Shown piece after piece: positions 50,293-60,342 of a stretch of DNA of 64,000 bases (its first letter is position 1; each line of letters starts with the position of its first letter). A program made the translations under genes and the position numbers. Source of the stretch: an uncultured bacterium. Its GTDB lineage: Bacteria; Babelota; Babeliae; Babelales; Babelaceae. Below the pieces are notes generated by a model. The model was not told where the DNA came from. It saw only the letters and a list, made by a program, of their open reading frames with translations, and ran no database searches. The stretch is from positions 928,001-992,000 of the forward strand of contig OY970209.1 of the NCBI GenBank assembly GCA_963713855.1, written 5' to 3'.

Positions 50293-51246
50293 ATGTGTAA
50301 AAACATACTATATATTTTGGCCATAAGTTTATGTTTTACCAACGTTCTTGTGTGCCCGGAATTAGGCGAAGAGTCTGAAGGAAGGCCTGAAGAAGCTGGC
50401 GGAGAAATTTCGCCAAGTGAGCCATTACCGCCTGTTCAGGGTGCGCCGGAGGCTCCTGTTGAAGAGGGTGCTCCAATAACGACTGGTGGTGTGGTTGGGG
50501 AACAGCCCGTCGCTCTACCGACCGGTGATGAGCAAGGACCAGTGTCTTCTGTGCCTTTAGAGGTATTTGAGCCAGAGCAGGCTGTTTTAAATCTTGGTAC
50601 TGTGACACCGGATGAGGCAGCGGCGACCTTTGCATCGATAGAAAAGAGTACTATTGAGCCTAAAACATTTCTACAAGTGATTAAGAACCTGCCAGCTATC
50701 CTAAAGCAAGGCTTAGATTTTGTTTCTCAGGGTCTTACGAGTAAGGCAAGCGAGATATTTTCAAGAATTTCGAAACTAATCTCGATTTTCTCAGAAAAAG
50801 TGTTAGACGATACTGATCTTGCTCAATCTGAGGTAATTGAAGCGGTTTCAGAAGTTACCAGTCCATACGATAGGCCTCCAACTGAGGCTGAGGATGCCAT
50901 CCTTGCTTTAGAAAAACTTCAGAGTCGGATGCGACGTATTAATCAGCTTTCAGAGCTTGGCCGACAATTTAACATCAGCTTTGAAAATGGTATGACGGCC
51001 CTTATTTTAGATGATGTGATTAATAACCAAGGGCCTGCTCAGCTTCAAAAGATCGTAAAAACTTTCGAAGATGAAATTGAAGCTAGACGCGCGGCTATCT
51101 CGCCTCAAGAAGCCCTGACTGACCCGGAGCTTAAAAGCCTGGAAGAGAAAATTGAGCAGACTCGTCGGTCATATAAACAATTCGATAATCGCATGAGAGC
51201 AATGAGATCCGTCATTACCGGAGGCAAGGTGAGATTTGCTACTTAA
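50293..51246 (+). CDS. Pro/Glu-rich secreted hypothetical protein (paralog B)
   Basis: Shares PPVQGAPE.PVEEGAP, ATFASIEK, LSELG, ISPQEALTDP.LKSL with paralog A. Confidence 0.8.
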   Translation: MCKNILYILAISLCFTNVLVCPELGEESEGRPEEAGGEISPSEPLPPVQGAPEAPVEEGAPITTGGVVGEQPVALPTGDEQGPVSSVPLEVFEPEQAVLNLGTVTPDEAAATFASIEKSTIEPKTFLQVIKNLPAILKQGLDFVSQGLTSKASEIFSRISKLISIFSEKVLDDTDLAQSEVIEAVSEVTSPYDRPPTEAEDAILALEKLQSRMRRINQLSELGRQFNISFENGMTALILDDVINNQGPAQLQKIVKTFEDEIEARRAAISPQEALTDPELKSLEEKIEQTRRSYKQFDNRMRAMRSVITGGKVRFAT

Positions 51247-51270
51247 GGGTGTCCGTCTGTAGACGCCCTT
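51245..51270. terminator. Hairpin between convergent genes
   Basis: AAGGGTGTC...GACGCCCTT. Confidence 0.55.
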
Positions 51271-51275
51271 CTCGT

Positions 51276-52754
51276 TTAAAAAGTACTTTTTCCATGCTCA
51301 CCCGAAGCTTTTTTGAATGGACAATCGATGTGTCCATCAAGCAGATGGGCAAAATCATGCTGTATAGATTCTAAGCACTCCTTAGAATTTCCCTCAAAGC
51401 GCATACTGAGCATTTCTTCAGTGTTAGAAGGTCTTACAAGCGCCCAACCCTGGGCAAAGTTTACACGTATACCATCCATAAGAAGCACTTCAGTATCCGG
51501 TTTTTCGGCTAGATTTTCTTTAAGCATCTTTAATACCGCATCTCGTTTTTCGTAAGGACAGTGTAAACGGTAAGTAGGCGAAGTCGCTCGTGTTGGAAAT
51601 ACCATTAAAAGTTCTTCAAGCGGTTTATGTGTCTCTTCGAGAAGTTCGATAAGTCGCAAAGCTGCATAAATACCATCATCGTACCCAAAATACCTGTCTT
51701 TAAACATAAAATGACAGCTAATCTCGCCGGCTAACAGCGCGTTATGTTTCTTCATAGCAGCTTTAATATGGGCATGACCCGTGCGCGACATTATCGGATT
51801 TCCGCCCCATTGAGTAATAAGGTCGATAAGTCCTGTGGAGGCTGCAACATCAAAAACGATTGAAGCGCCTGGATTTTTTTCGATGAGTGGTTTACTAAAA
51901 AGAGCTAAGAGCCTATCGCCCGCAATTAGAGTACCGCTCTTAGTGACAGGAGCCATCCTATCGCAATCTCCATCAAAAGCTATACCTAAAGCAGCGTTTC
52001 GAGTTGCAACTTCAGCTTTGAGGTCTTTCACGTACGCATCGACAGTTGGATCAGCGATATGATGCGGGTACGTGCCATCGACGTCTCCATAAAGAAGCCC
52101 CATATGTTTCCAGTCCATTTTTTCGATAAGCTGCGGAAGCACAGTTCCGGCTGCACCATTGCCGCAGTCAAAAATGACAGAGAGCTTACTTCCCTTTAAA
52201 TGGGAAAACTTGGAAGCAAGCCAATCAACATAGCTTGTTATTGCGTCAATTTCCACATATGAACCACCGGCTTTTAACTCTTTAAAAGCTCTTGAGGTGT
52301 ATATATTTTGAATCGTCTTAATTGATGGCCCAAACACGCATTCTGTACCCTGCATTATTTTAACGCCGTTATACTCTGCAGGGTTATGTGAGGCTGTAAT
52401 CATGAGGCCTGCATCGAGATTCATAGTGTTGAGCACAAAGTAGAGTACTGGCGTGGTACACGTTCCAATAAACGTGACGTCAAAACCCTGATCAATCAAA
52501 GCTTTACTTAAGGATTCTTTAAGGGCTTTAGAATGGGTACGTCCATCCATGCCAAGCGCAATTCTTTGTACCGGTTTTTCTTGAGTGCTAAAATAGGTGC
52601 CAATTGCACGGCCTAGCTCATAAAAGTCATCCGGATTAAAGTCGATACCGACCTTGCCTCTTAAGTCGTATTCTTTAAAAACGTGATCGTGTATACCACT
52701 TTCCAAGGTAAGGCCAAAAGAGCAGCCCAAAAGCAGCAGGCAGAGATGAATCAT
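51276..52754 (-). CDS. Phosphomannomutase/phosphoglucomutase with N-terminal signal-like extension
   Basis: FKEYDLRG, TASHNP, FDGDCDR, GEISCH, RPSNTE. Confidence 0.95.
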   Translation of the reverse strand: MIHLCLLLLGCSFGLTLESGIHDHVFKEYDLRGKVGIDFNPDDFYELGRAIGTYFSTQEKPVQRIALGMDGRTHSKALKESLSKALIDQGFDVTFIGTCTTPVLYFVLNTMNLDAGLMITASHNPAEYNGVKIMQGTECVFGPSIKTIQNIYTSRAFKELKAGGSYVEIDAITSYVDWLASKFSHLKGSKLSVIFDCGNGAAGTVLPQLIEKMDWKHMGLLYGDVDGTYPHHIADPTVDAYVKDLKAEVATRNAALGIAFDGDCDRMAPVTKSGTLIAGDRLLALFSKPLIEKNPGASIVFDVAASTGLIDLITQWGGNPIMSRTGHAHIKAAMKKHNALLAGEISCHFMFKDRYFGYDDGIYAALRLIELLEETHKPLEELLMVFPTRATSPTYRLHCPYEKRDAVLKMLKENLAEKPDTEVLLMDGIRVNFAQGWALVRPSNTEEMLSMRFEGNSKECLESIQHDFAHLLDGHIDCPFKKASGEHGKSTF

Positions 52755-52788
52755 TAAAGCCCCTTTTTTGAATTAAGATTACCCTACT

Positions 52789-53001
52789 CTACCAACAGGC
52801 TGTCGAAAAAGGAAGCAGTGACGGATTTACTTTTTGAAGGAAGAAAAGAACGATAAGAATGAAAAAACTAAGCACTACGATGCTTCGAAGCGGTCTTTTG
52901 TCTGTCTGATAGAGAGCACCGAATAAGCTTTTAAAAAAGAGAATAGCGCACCCAATGCCTAAAAAAAGAACAGCGTAAAATGCTATCGGGCCCCAGTTCA
53001 T
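52789..53001 (-). CDS. Small hypothetical membrane protein
   Basis: Two hydrophobic helices. Confidence 0.55.
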   Translation of the reverse strand: MNWGPIAFYAVLFLGIGCAILFFKSLFGALYQTDKRPLRSIVVLSFFILIVLFFLQKVNPSLLPFSTACW

Positions 53002-53130
53002 ATATTCTCTTTCTTTTTTATTGTATCTACCATATCAGAAACTTTTTTGTAAGGTCAATCATGGGACTCAACTAAATTCGTTTTTCATGCTACAATGCTC
53101 TTATAGTCCTTCTACAAAGTGTTTTTCTGT

Positions 53131-54879
53131 ATGCTGTTTAAAGATGTTAGTGAAAGTTTTGATTGTATTGCAAAGACGTCATCTCGTCTAGAGATTACTC
53201 AGATTCTTGCAGTACTGTTGCGCAATGCACAACCTTTGGAAGCACGCATTATAAGTTATCTTGCACTGGGGCTTTTGCGTCCGCCCTATCAAAGCACTCA
53301 ATTTGGTATTGCTGCAAAAGGGATGCTTAAGATTTTAGCGACCGTTTTAGAAAAACCTTTAGAAGAGGTAGCAAAGCTTGCCCATGAGCTTGGCGATCTT
53401 GGTCTTGTGGTAGCTGGCGGTTCTTGGCACCACACTCGTGACTTATCAGTTACCGAGGTCTACGACCGACTGGCAGTCATTGAAACCACCACTGGAGCTG
53501 GGTCGCAGGAGGAAAAGTTACAGTTATTAAGCGCCCTTTTAAAAGAGGTAAGTCCAACGTCCGCAAGCCTTATTGTACGAATTATTCTAGGCACATTGCG
53601 ATTAGGTTTTTCCGATATGACGCTCATTGACTCTTTTTCGTGGATGATAGAGGGAGATAAATCTTTAAGAAAGCCTATTGAGCACGCGTATAACGTATGT
53701 GCTGATATTGGACTTATTGCCGAAAGATTACGTGAAGAAGGTAAATCGGCCCTTGGCGAAATCGGCATTGTTGTAGGTATTCCCATCCGACCAGCCTTAG
53801 CAGAGCGCTTACCAAATGCTCAGGCTATTATGGATAAACTGGGACCCAGCGTCGCACAACCAAAGCTGGATGGATTTCGGCTTCAGATACATGCAAAACG
53901 TAAAGAAGATAAGATGTACTTGTCGTTTTTTTCAAGAAACTTAATCGACATGTCCTTCATGTTTCCGGATCTCGTTAAAGCTTTTGAGCAATATCCTCTT
54001 GAATGCTTTATAGTTGAGGGGGAAGCAGTCGTCTATAACCCTTCAACGCAACGCTATCTTCCTTTTCAGGAAACGGTCAAACGAAAGCGCAAGCACGACA
54101 TTGAAACCGCAGTTGAGCACATGCCACTTCGCCTTTTTCTCTTTGATATACTTTACTGTAACGGAGAGTCGATGCTTGATAAACCTCACGAAGTGCGCAG
54201 GCAGACGATTATAAAGCTCTTTGCTCAACCTGATCACCCTGACAACGTGGCTGTTATTGAAGAACATGTTGTTGCTAGCACGAATGAGCTTTTAGACTAC
54301 TTTAATAGTAACGTTAAAGCTGGTTATGAAGGCATTATTGTAAAAAGACCTGATGCTGTATATCAGCCAGGTAAGCGCAATTTTAACTGGATAAAGCTCA
54401 AAAAAGGCCAAGAAGGCATAGTTGAAGATACGCTCGATACAGTCATTCTCGGATATTATTACGGTCGTGGTAAACGTTCTTCATTTGGTATAGGCGCTTT
54501 TCTTGTTGGTGTGTATAATCCAGAAGGCGACCGCTTTGAAACAATCGCAAAAGTGGGAACCGGACTTAAAGATGCGGACTGGATAGAGCTTAAAAAAAGG
54601 TGTGATGCTTTGGCTGTCAACCAAAAGCCAGCAAACGTTGATTGTGCGCCTGACCTTTATGCTGACATATGGGTAACACCTCAAATTGTCTGTATCGTAA
54701 AAGCTGATGAGATCACCCAGTCTCCGCTTCACACTGCTTCAAAGACTGCCCATGCTCAGGGTCTTGCACTTCGATTCCCACGGTTTATGGGCTATCGCTT
54801 TGATAAATCTGCGCTAGAGGCAACAACGGTGCATGAAGTAAAACGAATGTGGAATGACCAGTTTAGCCGAGGCGGCTAA
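53131..54879 (+). CDS. ATP-dependent DNA ligase (archaeal/eukaryotic LIG1-like architecture)
   Basis: N-terminal DNA-binding domain (LRLG), KLDG motif I, EGE, FDILY, EGIIVK, WIKLK, LRFPRF. Confidence 0.95.
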   Translation: MLFKDVSESFDCIAKTSSRLEITQILAVLLRNAQPLEARIISYLALGLLRPPYQSTQFGIAAKGMLKILATVLEKPLEEVAKLAHELGDLGLVVAGGSWHHTRDLSVTEVYDRLAVIETTTGAGSQEEKLQLLSALLKEVSPTSASLIVRIILGTLRLGFSDMTLIDSFSWMIEGDKSLRKPIEHAYNVCADIGLIAERLREEGKSALGEIGIVVGIPIRPALAERLPNAQAIMDKLGPSVAQPKLDGFRLQIHAKRKEDKMYLSFFSRNLIDMSFMFPDLVKAFEQYPLECFIVEGEAVVYNPSTQRYLPFQETVKRKRKHDIETAVEHMPLRLFLFDILYCNGESMLDKPHEVRRQTIIKLFAQPDHPDNVAVIEEHVVASTNELLDYFNSNVKAGYEGIIVKRPDAVYQPGKRNFNWIKLKKGQEGIVEDTLDTVILGYYYGRGKRSSFGIGAFLVGVYNPEGDRFETIAKVGTGLKDADWIELKKRCDALAVNQKPANVDCAPDLYADIWVTPQIVCIVKADEITQSPLHTASKTAHAQGLALRFPRFMGYRFDKSALEATTVHEVKRMWNDQFSRGG

Positions 54880-55647
54880 GACCTTTTTTAAGGCTTCTAT
54901 TAAACATGTACGTAAAAAAAAGAATACTTAAAGCCAAGTAAAAGAGTGTTAATAAAGCTCCTTTAAAAAGCAGATGCATGGGTAGTATGCCCGTAGTCAT
55001 TTGAATACGCATGCTTTCAAAAACGTATGCCATGGGAAAGAACTTAGCAACATTTTGAAGCCAGATGGGCAGCGCTTCAAGAGGGTAAAATACGGTACTG
55101 ATTGGTGCAAAAGACCACACTATTTGCCAAGCTAAAGATTCTAATCGGTGTCCTGCATAAATAATAAAGCCTGCACCCAAAAAACCGGTAGAACAGCCAA
55201 TAAGCGCAAATAGCACCCAGAAACCTGGAAGCGTCCAACCAAGATCAAATGGATTGACCTTAAAAAGGGCAAGCACTAAAAATGTGCTAAAGCTGAATGT
55301 TATCGTAGCTTTGATAAATCCGCTCAGCATAAGAGCGAGTACCCACTCGTATATTTTAATGGGCGAAGCAAAAAGATTAAGGAGGCTGTGGCCCCAAAGC
55401 TCTTCAAGCAAAGAGCTTGTTATTTCGACGCTTGTCCTTAAAATGATTTCCCAAAACACTAGTGCTGTCAAAATGAGACTCTGTGCGGAAGATGGTTGTA
55501 CCCATGTTCCAACAAGCCCCCATATGACAATGTCAATGAAGGGCCAGTAGAAGTTTCTGAAATACGAGTAATGTTACGCCGCTCGGCATAAAGGCTTCGA
55601 ATAAGAATTGCTTTAATCCTATACCAGCTTAATCCAGTTGCAAGCAT
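54863..55647 (-). CDS. ABC-2 type transporter permease; apparent -1 frameshift near 55552
   Basis: N-terminal ORF from ATG 55647 joins FYWPFIDIVIWG...EELW...NLF.SP...FYP...LP with one added base. Confidence 0.8.
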
Positions 55648-55648
55648 G

Positions 55649-56617
55649 CTATTTACTCCTTCCCTTTTTAGCTTGTTTTGTCAGAGAAAGGAAATAATCA
55701 TTGAGTGTTGGCTTTTGTATAGCAATTTCTGAATAATTAACTCCAGCCCGTGCAAGCCCAGTCAGAAGCGATGCAATTTTATTTTCATCCACCGTTATTT
55801 CAAGAAAACGCTCAACCGTTCTATGGGCCAGCTTATGCTCATTAAGGTAGGCTATGGCTTTAGAAAGATCGTCACCTACAACAAGTTGAACGTAGCTAGT
55901 TGATACTCGGGCAGCGAGTTTTTCTGGCTTATCGCTCGCTATGATTGTTCCTTGTTGTAAAACAAGAACACGATTACAAACATAAGCGACTTCATCCATA
56001 TTATGCGAAGTAAAAAGAACTGTTAATCCCTGCTCTCTTTGCTGTTTTAAAATGAATTGACGAACCTCGTGGGCAACGTCCGGATCTAAAGATGCTGTAG
56101 GTTCATCAAGCAATGCTATTTTAGGATAAGTCATAAACGCCTTAGTAAGCATGACGCGTGTTTTTTGACCTGCTGACAAGGCTCCCGCCTCTCTATCTTT
56201 TACGTGCCATAAATCAAAGATGGTAAGAAACTTTTTAATCCGTTCAAATAAGGAATGCGACGGGATACCATAAAGCTTTCCATGAACATAAAGGTTCTCA
56301 TAGACGGTTAATCGTGCAGGAAGGCTGACGTAAGTGCTTGCAAAAGCGACATGGTTCAAAATTTCTGATCTATACCTAAAAAAATCTTTTCCAAAATATT
56401 CTATTGATCCACTGGTGGGGGTAAGCGTGCTTAAAAGCATTTGTATGGTCGTTGTTTTGCCAGCACCATTTGGTCCCAAGAGCCCTAATATTTCACCCTC
56501 GCGCACTTTGAACGATATGTTGTTTACCGCAACAAAAGGCGCAGTTTCGCGAGAAAGAAACCATCCGGATGGATAATAAATTTTAGTGAGTCCGAAGACA
56601 CTTAGAACGGTATTCAT
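55649..56617 (-). CDS. ABC transporter ATP-binding protein
   Basis: GPNGAGKTT, LSAGQ, LLDEPT, SH motifs. Confidence 0.95.
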   Translation of the reverse strand: MNTVLSVFGLTKIYYPSGWFLSRETAPFVAVNNISFKVREGEILGLLGPNGAGKTTTIQMLLSTLTPTSGSIEYFGKDFFRYRSEILNHVAFASTYVSLPARLTVYENLYVHGKLYGIPSHSLFERIKKFLTIFDLWHVKDREAGALSAGQKTRVMLTKAFMTYPKIALLDEPTASLDPDVAHEVRQFILKQQREQGLTVLFTSHNMDEVAYVCNRVLVLQQGTIIASDKPEKLAARVSTSYVQLVVGDDLSKAIAYLNEHKLAHRTVERFLEITVDENKIASLLTGLARAGVNYSEIAIQKPTLNDYFLSLTKQAKKGRSK

Positions 56618-57164
56618 AATGGAATAGGCTCTAGCAAGTGAATTTAGAAAGGTAGTTTTGTATAGTATAGCATAAATGGCTTTATAGTGCAAATAAACAT
56701 GGTTAGAAAAATACTTAACGTTTACTGGAGCATGTTTTCATTAATTTTAAGGGACATATATTGATTGGCAGGTATGCTTTGCTCAATTCTAATTTATTAA
56801 CTTGATTGAGTGCTACCTAAAGAATTTTTAACAGAAGATTTGTTGAAGAAAATTCTGCTGATTGTTAAAAATTTGGTCAGTGACTCAGTAAACCGGTTAA
56901 AGGACAACAAGTAGGCCTATGATCAAGCTGAGGCACTAATTGCCCGCGCTTGTCAAAATCGATGGTCTTCCTAAAATGAAACTTTAAAAAATGGTGTTAA
57001 TGCTGCCGAGTTGGAACCGATTTCTTTCTCGATTTTGCATTTAAAGTGTTTCGAGAGAGGCTTCTTTGCCACCAAAGTTAACGCTGCTGTTGGATGGGTG
57101 TGTAGTTCTGCTTGCGAGGCCATTAAAATGCTTTATGACAAAAGTCCGAGGGTTGGATATGTTG

Positions 57165-58511
57165 TTAGCTCGATACTATTTTTAGAGCCTCTTTCAGATT
57201 TTGATGTTGCGTGACTTTTGCGATGGCGTAAAGAGGATAGGAGTGAATTTTTTCGTGTTGAGAGTAATTGAGTGTTGAGAATCTTATACCATAACTAGAA
57301 TTAGGGTGGCTTTCTAAAAATAGGTTTATGCTTTTAAGTGTTCTTCCCATTCCACTTTTAACTTCGACCGGCACTATATTTTGGTCGAGCTGTATCAAAT
57401 AGTCAACTTCAGCTTGGCTGGATCGCGTTTTTCGATTCCAGAAAAATAGGTTATGCTTTCGGCTCGGGTGTGCATAAGCGATTATTTCTTGGCCTACGAA
57501 TGCTTCTATTAAAGAACCTTTATTTGCAAATTCATTGAGCGGATTTAAAAACCAACCGCTAATGTCAAAATCGAGTATTGACTGTGCGAGCCCCACATCT
57601 AGAAAAATAACTTTATAGTCTGAAGGATCTATTTGGGCTCCAAGAGGAATGCCATGACCTGCGCTGTGAAATATTTTGTGAGCGATACCAGCAATACTGA
57701 GTAGGTTAAGCGCTGGTGCCAGTTCTCGTTTTCTATATTCTCCCTCTATCGCGCTAAATCTAAACTTTGTTCCAAGCTGGATAGGTATTTGGTCGAAAAT
57801 TAATTCGACGTATTTTATTTGCAATTTCCGCGCATATTTCTCAAAGTCTTGGCGATAGGTATCGATTAGTGACGAATGAATCTTAGCGCATTGTAAAGGA
57901 TCTCTGATTTCTTGCCAACATTTTAGCACAGCGGGCATTCCACCAAACGCAAGGTATTCGCCTAAAAGATGAAGTAGTTTCTTGTGAATAACCTCGCTCA
58001 TAGTTTTATGAACATCGTGCATGATAACTTCTTCGATCAATAAATGCTCTTTGATAGCTGCCAAAAACTCAATGAAAGACAAGGGATACATATAGAGCGA
58101 ATCCACACGACCCACGGGAATGCCAACTTTTTCAATGGCAAAATCCATAAGCGAGCCGGCGGCAATAACATGTAACTCTGGCATCATTTCATAAAAATAA
58201 CGTAAGGAAAGTAATGCTTTTGGGGATGCTTGAACTTCGTCTAAAAACAACAGGGTCTTTCCGGGTGTAATAGGTTTTCGTGTAATTAAAGAAAGTTCAC
58301 GAATAATCCGTTCAGGATCCAGATCTTTCTCAAATACACCATGTACTTCTGGCAAAAATTCAAGGTTGACTTCAACAAATTCCAGAAACGTTGAACCTAA
58401 TTGCCGCGCAGCATGCGTTTTTCCTACCTGCCGTGCACCCCTAAGCAATAAAGGTTTTCTATAAGTATCACTTTTCCATTGAGTTAGGTAATAATCTATA
58501 AGACGCTTCAA
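57165..58511 (-). CDS. AAA_14 ATPase with C-terminal DUF4143 (PD-(D/E)XK-like) domain
   Basis: GARQVGKT, FLDEVQ, AGS, PLSF.EF, GGMP, DVGL, EVDY, PVEVKS; TTG start. Confidence 0.9.
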   Translation of the reverse strand: MKRLIDYYLTQWKSDTYRKPLLLRGARQVGKTHAARQLGSTFLEFVEVNLEFLPEVHGVFEKDLDPERIIRELSLITRKPITPGKTLLFLDEVQASPKALLSLRYFYEMMPELHVIAAGSLMDFAIEKVGIPVGRVDSLYMYPLSFIEFLAAIKEHLLIEEVIMHDVHKTMSEVIHKKLLHLLGEYLAFGGMPAVLKCWQEIRDPLQCAKIHSSLIDTYRQDFEKYARKLQIKYVELIFDQIPIQLGTKFRFSAIEGEYRKRELAPALNLLSIAGIAHKIFHSAGHGIPLGAQIDPSDYKVIFLDVGLAQSILDFDISGWFLNPLNEFANKGSLIEAFVGQEIIAYAHPSRKHNLFFWNRKTRSSQAEVDYLIQLDQNIVPVEVKSGMGRTLKSINLFLESHPNSSYGIRFSTLNYSQHEKIHSYPLYAIAKVTQHQNLKEALKIVSS

Positions 58512-58522
58512 GTGAGCTCCTA

Positions 58523-58607
58523 TTTTGGTCGAAAATCAAAGATATAATCGCACATTTTTGGCTGAAAATCAAGGTTAAATTAGTAGGTTTTTGGTCAAAA
58601 ATCAAGG
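58523..58607. repeat. Three ~19-bp direct repeats with exact 33-bp period upstream of the minus-strand AAA-DUF4143 gene
   Basis: TTTTGGtcgAAAATCAAaG (58523), TTTTGGctgAAAATCAAgG (58556), TTTTGGtcaAAAATCAAgG (58589). Confidence 0.85.
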
Positions 58608-58655
58608 TTACCGTGAGAAGTTGAGATGCCATTGTTACGTATAACGTTATTTCTT

Positions 58656-58726
58656 GCAAAATGACATTTGAAATGTCATAATGAGACGCAAAATGACATT
58701 CGTATTGTCAAATTGAGGCGAAAATG
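58656..58726. repeat. Two tandem ~32-bp units each containing a TGACA-N7-TGTCA palindrome, upstream of the plus-strand AAA-DUF4143 gene
   Basis: GCAAAATGACAtttgaaaTGTCA (58656), GCAAAATGACAttcgtatTGTCA (58688); a third AAAATG contains the start codon. Confidence 0.8.
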
Positions 58727-59899
58727 GCTACAAAATATATAGAGCGCATGTTTAAAGAACCTGATAGAAGCTATTTTCTTTTTGGTCCTCGAGGCACTGG
58801 TAAATCGACCATGGTTGAACATCGTCATCCGGGAGCACTATTTATTGATTTGCGTATCCCTCAAGAACGCTTACGCTTTCTTTCAAATCCGGACCTTTTT
58901 ACTGGCCTTGTGTCCGCCCAGCCGAGTGGCCAGACAATAGTGGTTGATGAAATTCAAAAGGCGCCTGAACTATTATCTCTTGTTCATTTGTTGATTGAAA
59001 AAAAACGGCAATGGAAATTTATCCTTACGGGCTCGAGTGCACGGAAACTGAAAAGGCAGGGCATTGACCTTTTAGGTGGGCGAGCATTAAATAAGGTACT
59101 TAATCCCTTCATTGCAGCCGAACTTCAAGAACGATTTAACTTGGAAAGTGCTTTACGGTACGGGCTTTTGCCCTTGTCTTTTGAGCAAAAAGACCATGCA
59201 GAAATTCTCGAAGCTTATATAGCCCTATACATGGAAGAAGAGATACAGGCTGAAGGACTCATAAGAAATAGCGAGCCATTTGCTCGTTTTTTAAGCGTAA
59301 TGAGCTTTTCGCATGCTTCACTTCTTAATGTAACAAATATCTCGAGGGAATGCGGAGTCAAGCGGACAACAGTAAGCAGTTGGATTTCAATTTTGGAAGA
59401 TCTTCTTATTGGTTTTCAACTTTCCGTTTTTACCGAACGCGCAAAGCGTGAGTTGAGCGCACATCCCAAGTTTTATTTTTTTGATGCAGGAGTATATCGT
59501 TCTCTTCGTCCACATTCTCTTAAAGACACAAATGATGAATTAGATGGAGCAGCTTTAGAGGGCCTTGTGGCACAGCATCTTATGGCTTGGAATGATTATT
59601 CATCTCAGAAACATGCAATACATTTCTGGCGAACTCGCTCAGGAGTCGAAGTTGATTTTGTGGTCCTTGGTCCACTAGGATTTTGGGCAATAGAGGTCAA
59701 AAATTCTGATACCATACGTGTTTCAGATATTCGTCATCTTGAGTCTTTTAAAGAAGATTACCCTCAAGCGCGTGCATTAGTGCTTTATCGGGGCCATGAA
59801 CGCCTTCTGATTAAAAATGTTTTGTGCCTGCCCTGCACGGATTTTTTAAAACAGCTTGTTCCGGATACTGCTCTTGATACTGTTTTTAAAAGCCTTTAA
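58724..59899 (+). CDS. AAA_14 ATPase with C-terminal DUF4143 domain
   Basis: GPRGTGKST, VDEIQK, LTGSSARKL, PKFYFFDAG, FWRT..G.EVDF, IEVK. Confidence 0.92.
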   Translation: MATKYIERMFKEPDRSYFLFGPRGTGKSTMVEHRHPGALFIDLRIPQERLRFLSNPDLFTGLVSAQPSGQTIVVDEIQKAPELLSLVHLLIEKKRQWKFILTGSSARKLKRQGIDLLGGRALNKVLNPFIAAELQERFNLESALRYGLLPLSFEQKDHAEILEAYIALYMEEEIQAEGLIRNSEPFARFLSVMSFSHASLLNVTNISRECGVKRTTVSSWISILEDLLIGFQLSVFTERAKRELSAHPKFYFFDAGVYRSLRPHSLKDTNDELDGAALEGLVAQHLMAWNDYSSQKHAIHFWRTRSGVEVDFVVLGPLGFWAIEVKNSDTIRVSDIRHLESFKEDYPQARALVLYRGHERLLIKNVLCLPCTDFLKQLVPDTALDTVFKSL

Positions 59900-60036
59900 C
59901 GAGTAAAAAAATCTTAAGCTCACCGATGAATGCAAGTATAACTCACAGTCTGTCTTAGAGGTAAAATCGCAATAATTGACAAATTAGCAATATTAGTGTA
60001 CGCTTAGAAATTAGTTATTATTCATAGGGATGCGCT

Positions 60037-60237
60037 ATGCATAAAAAATTATTTCGATCTGCAGTCAATAGAAAATTGTGTGGTATTTGTGGTGGTCTAG
60101 CCGAGTATTTCGACGTAGATCCTACGCTTATTCGCTTTGCCTTTGTTGGCCTTTTTTTCATATTTCCGCCGCTCATTTTTCTATACCTTGTGGGTTGTTT
60201 TATAATTCCTCTTTCAGATTACCACCATCTACCATGA
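60037..60237 (+). CDS. PspC domain protein
   Basis: KKLFRS...GICGGLAEYFDVDPTLIR. Confidence 0.92.
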   Translation: MHKKLFRSAVNRKLCGICGGLAEYFDVDPTLIRFAFVGLFFIFPPLIFLYLVGCFIIPLSDYHHLP

Positions 60238-60342
60238 GTTTTGGCTGATAGAACGTATACACGTTATCTCTTGGGTTTGCAATTTTGATTAATTTTCGTT
60301 ATAGCGGTAGATACTATTTTATTTAAAACAACCAGTGGATTT

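Noticed and set aside
58523..58607. 33-bp periodic repeats as a mini-CRISPR array
   Set aside because: Repeats of about 19 bp with 14-bp spacers are too short, and there are no cas genes. Treated as protein-binding repeats.
58468..58659. 63-aa ORF with LIFxQ repeats
   Set aside because: Merely the translation of the 33-bp DNA repeats; it overlaps the start of the AAA gene.
58634..58661. dif-like site (GTTACGTATAA resembles a XerC arm)
   Set aside because: The putative XerD arm TTCTTGCAAAA matches TTATGTTAAAT poorly.
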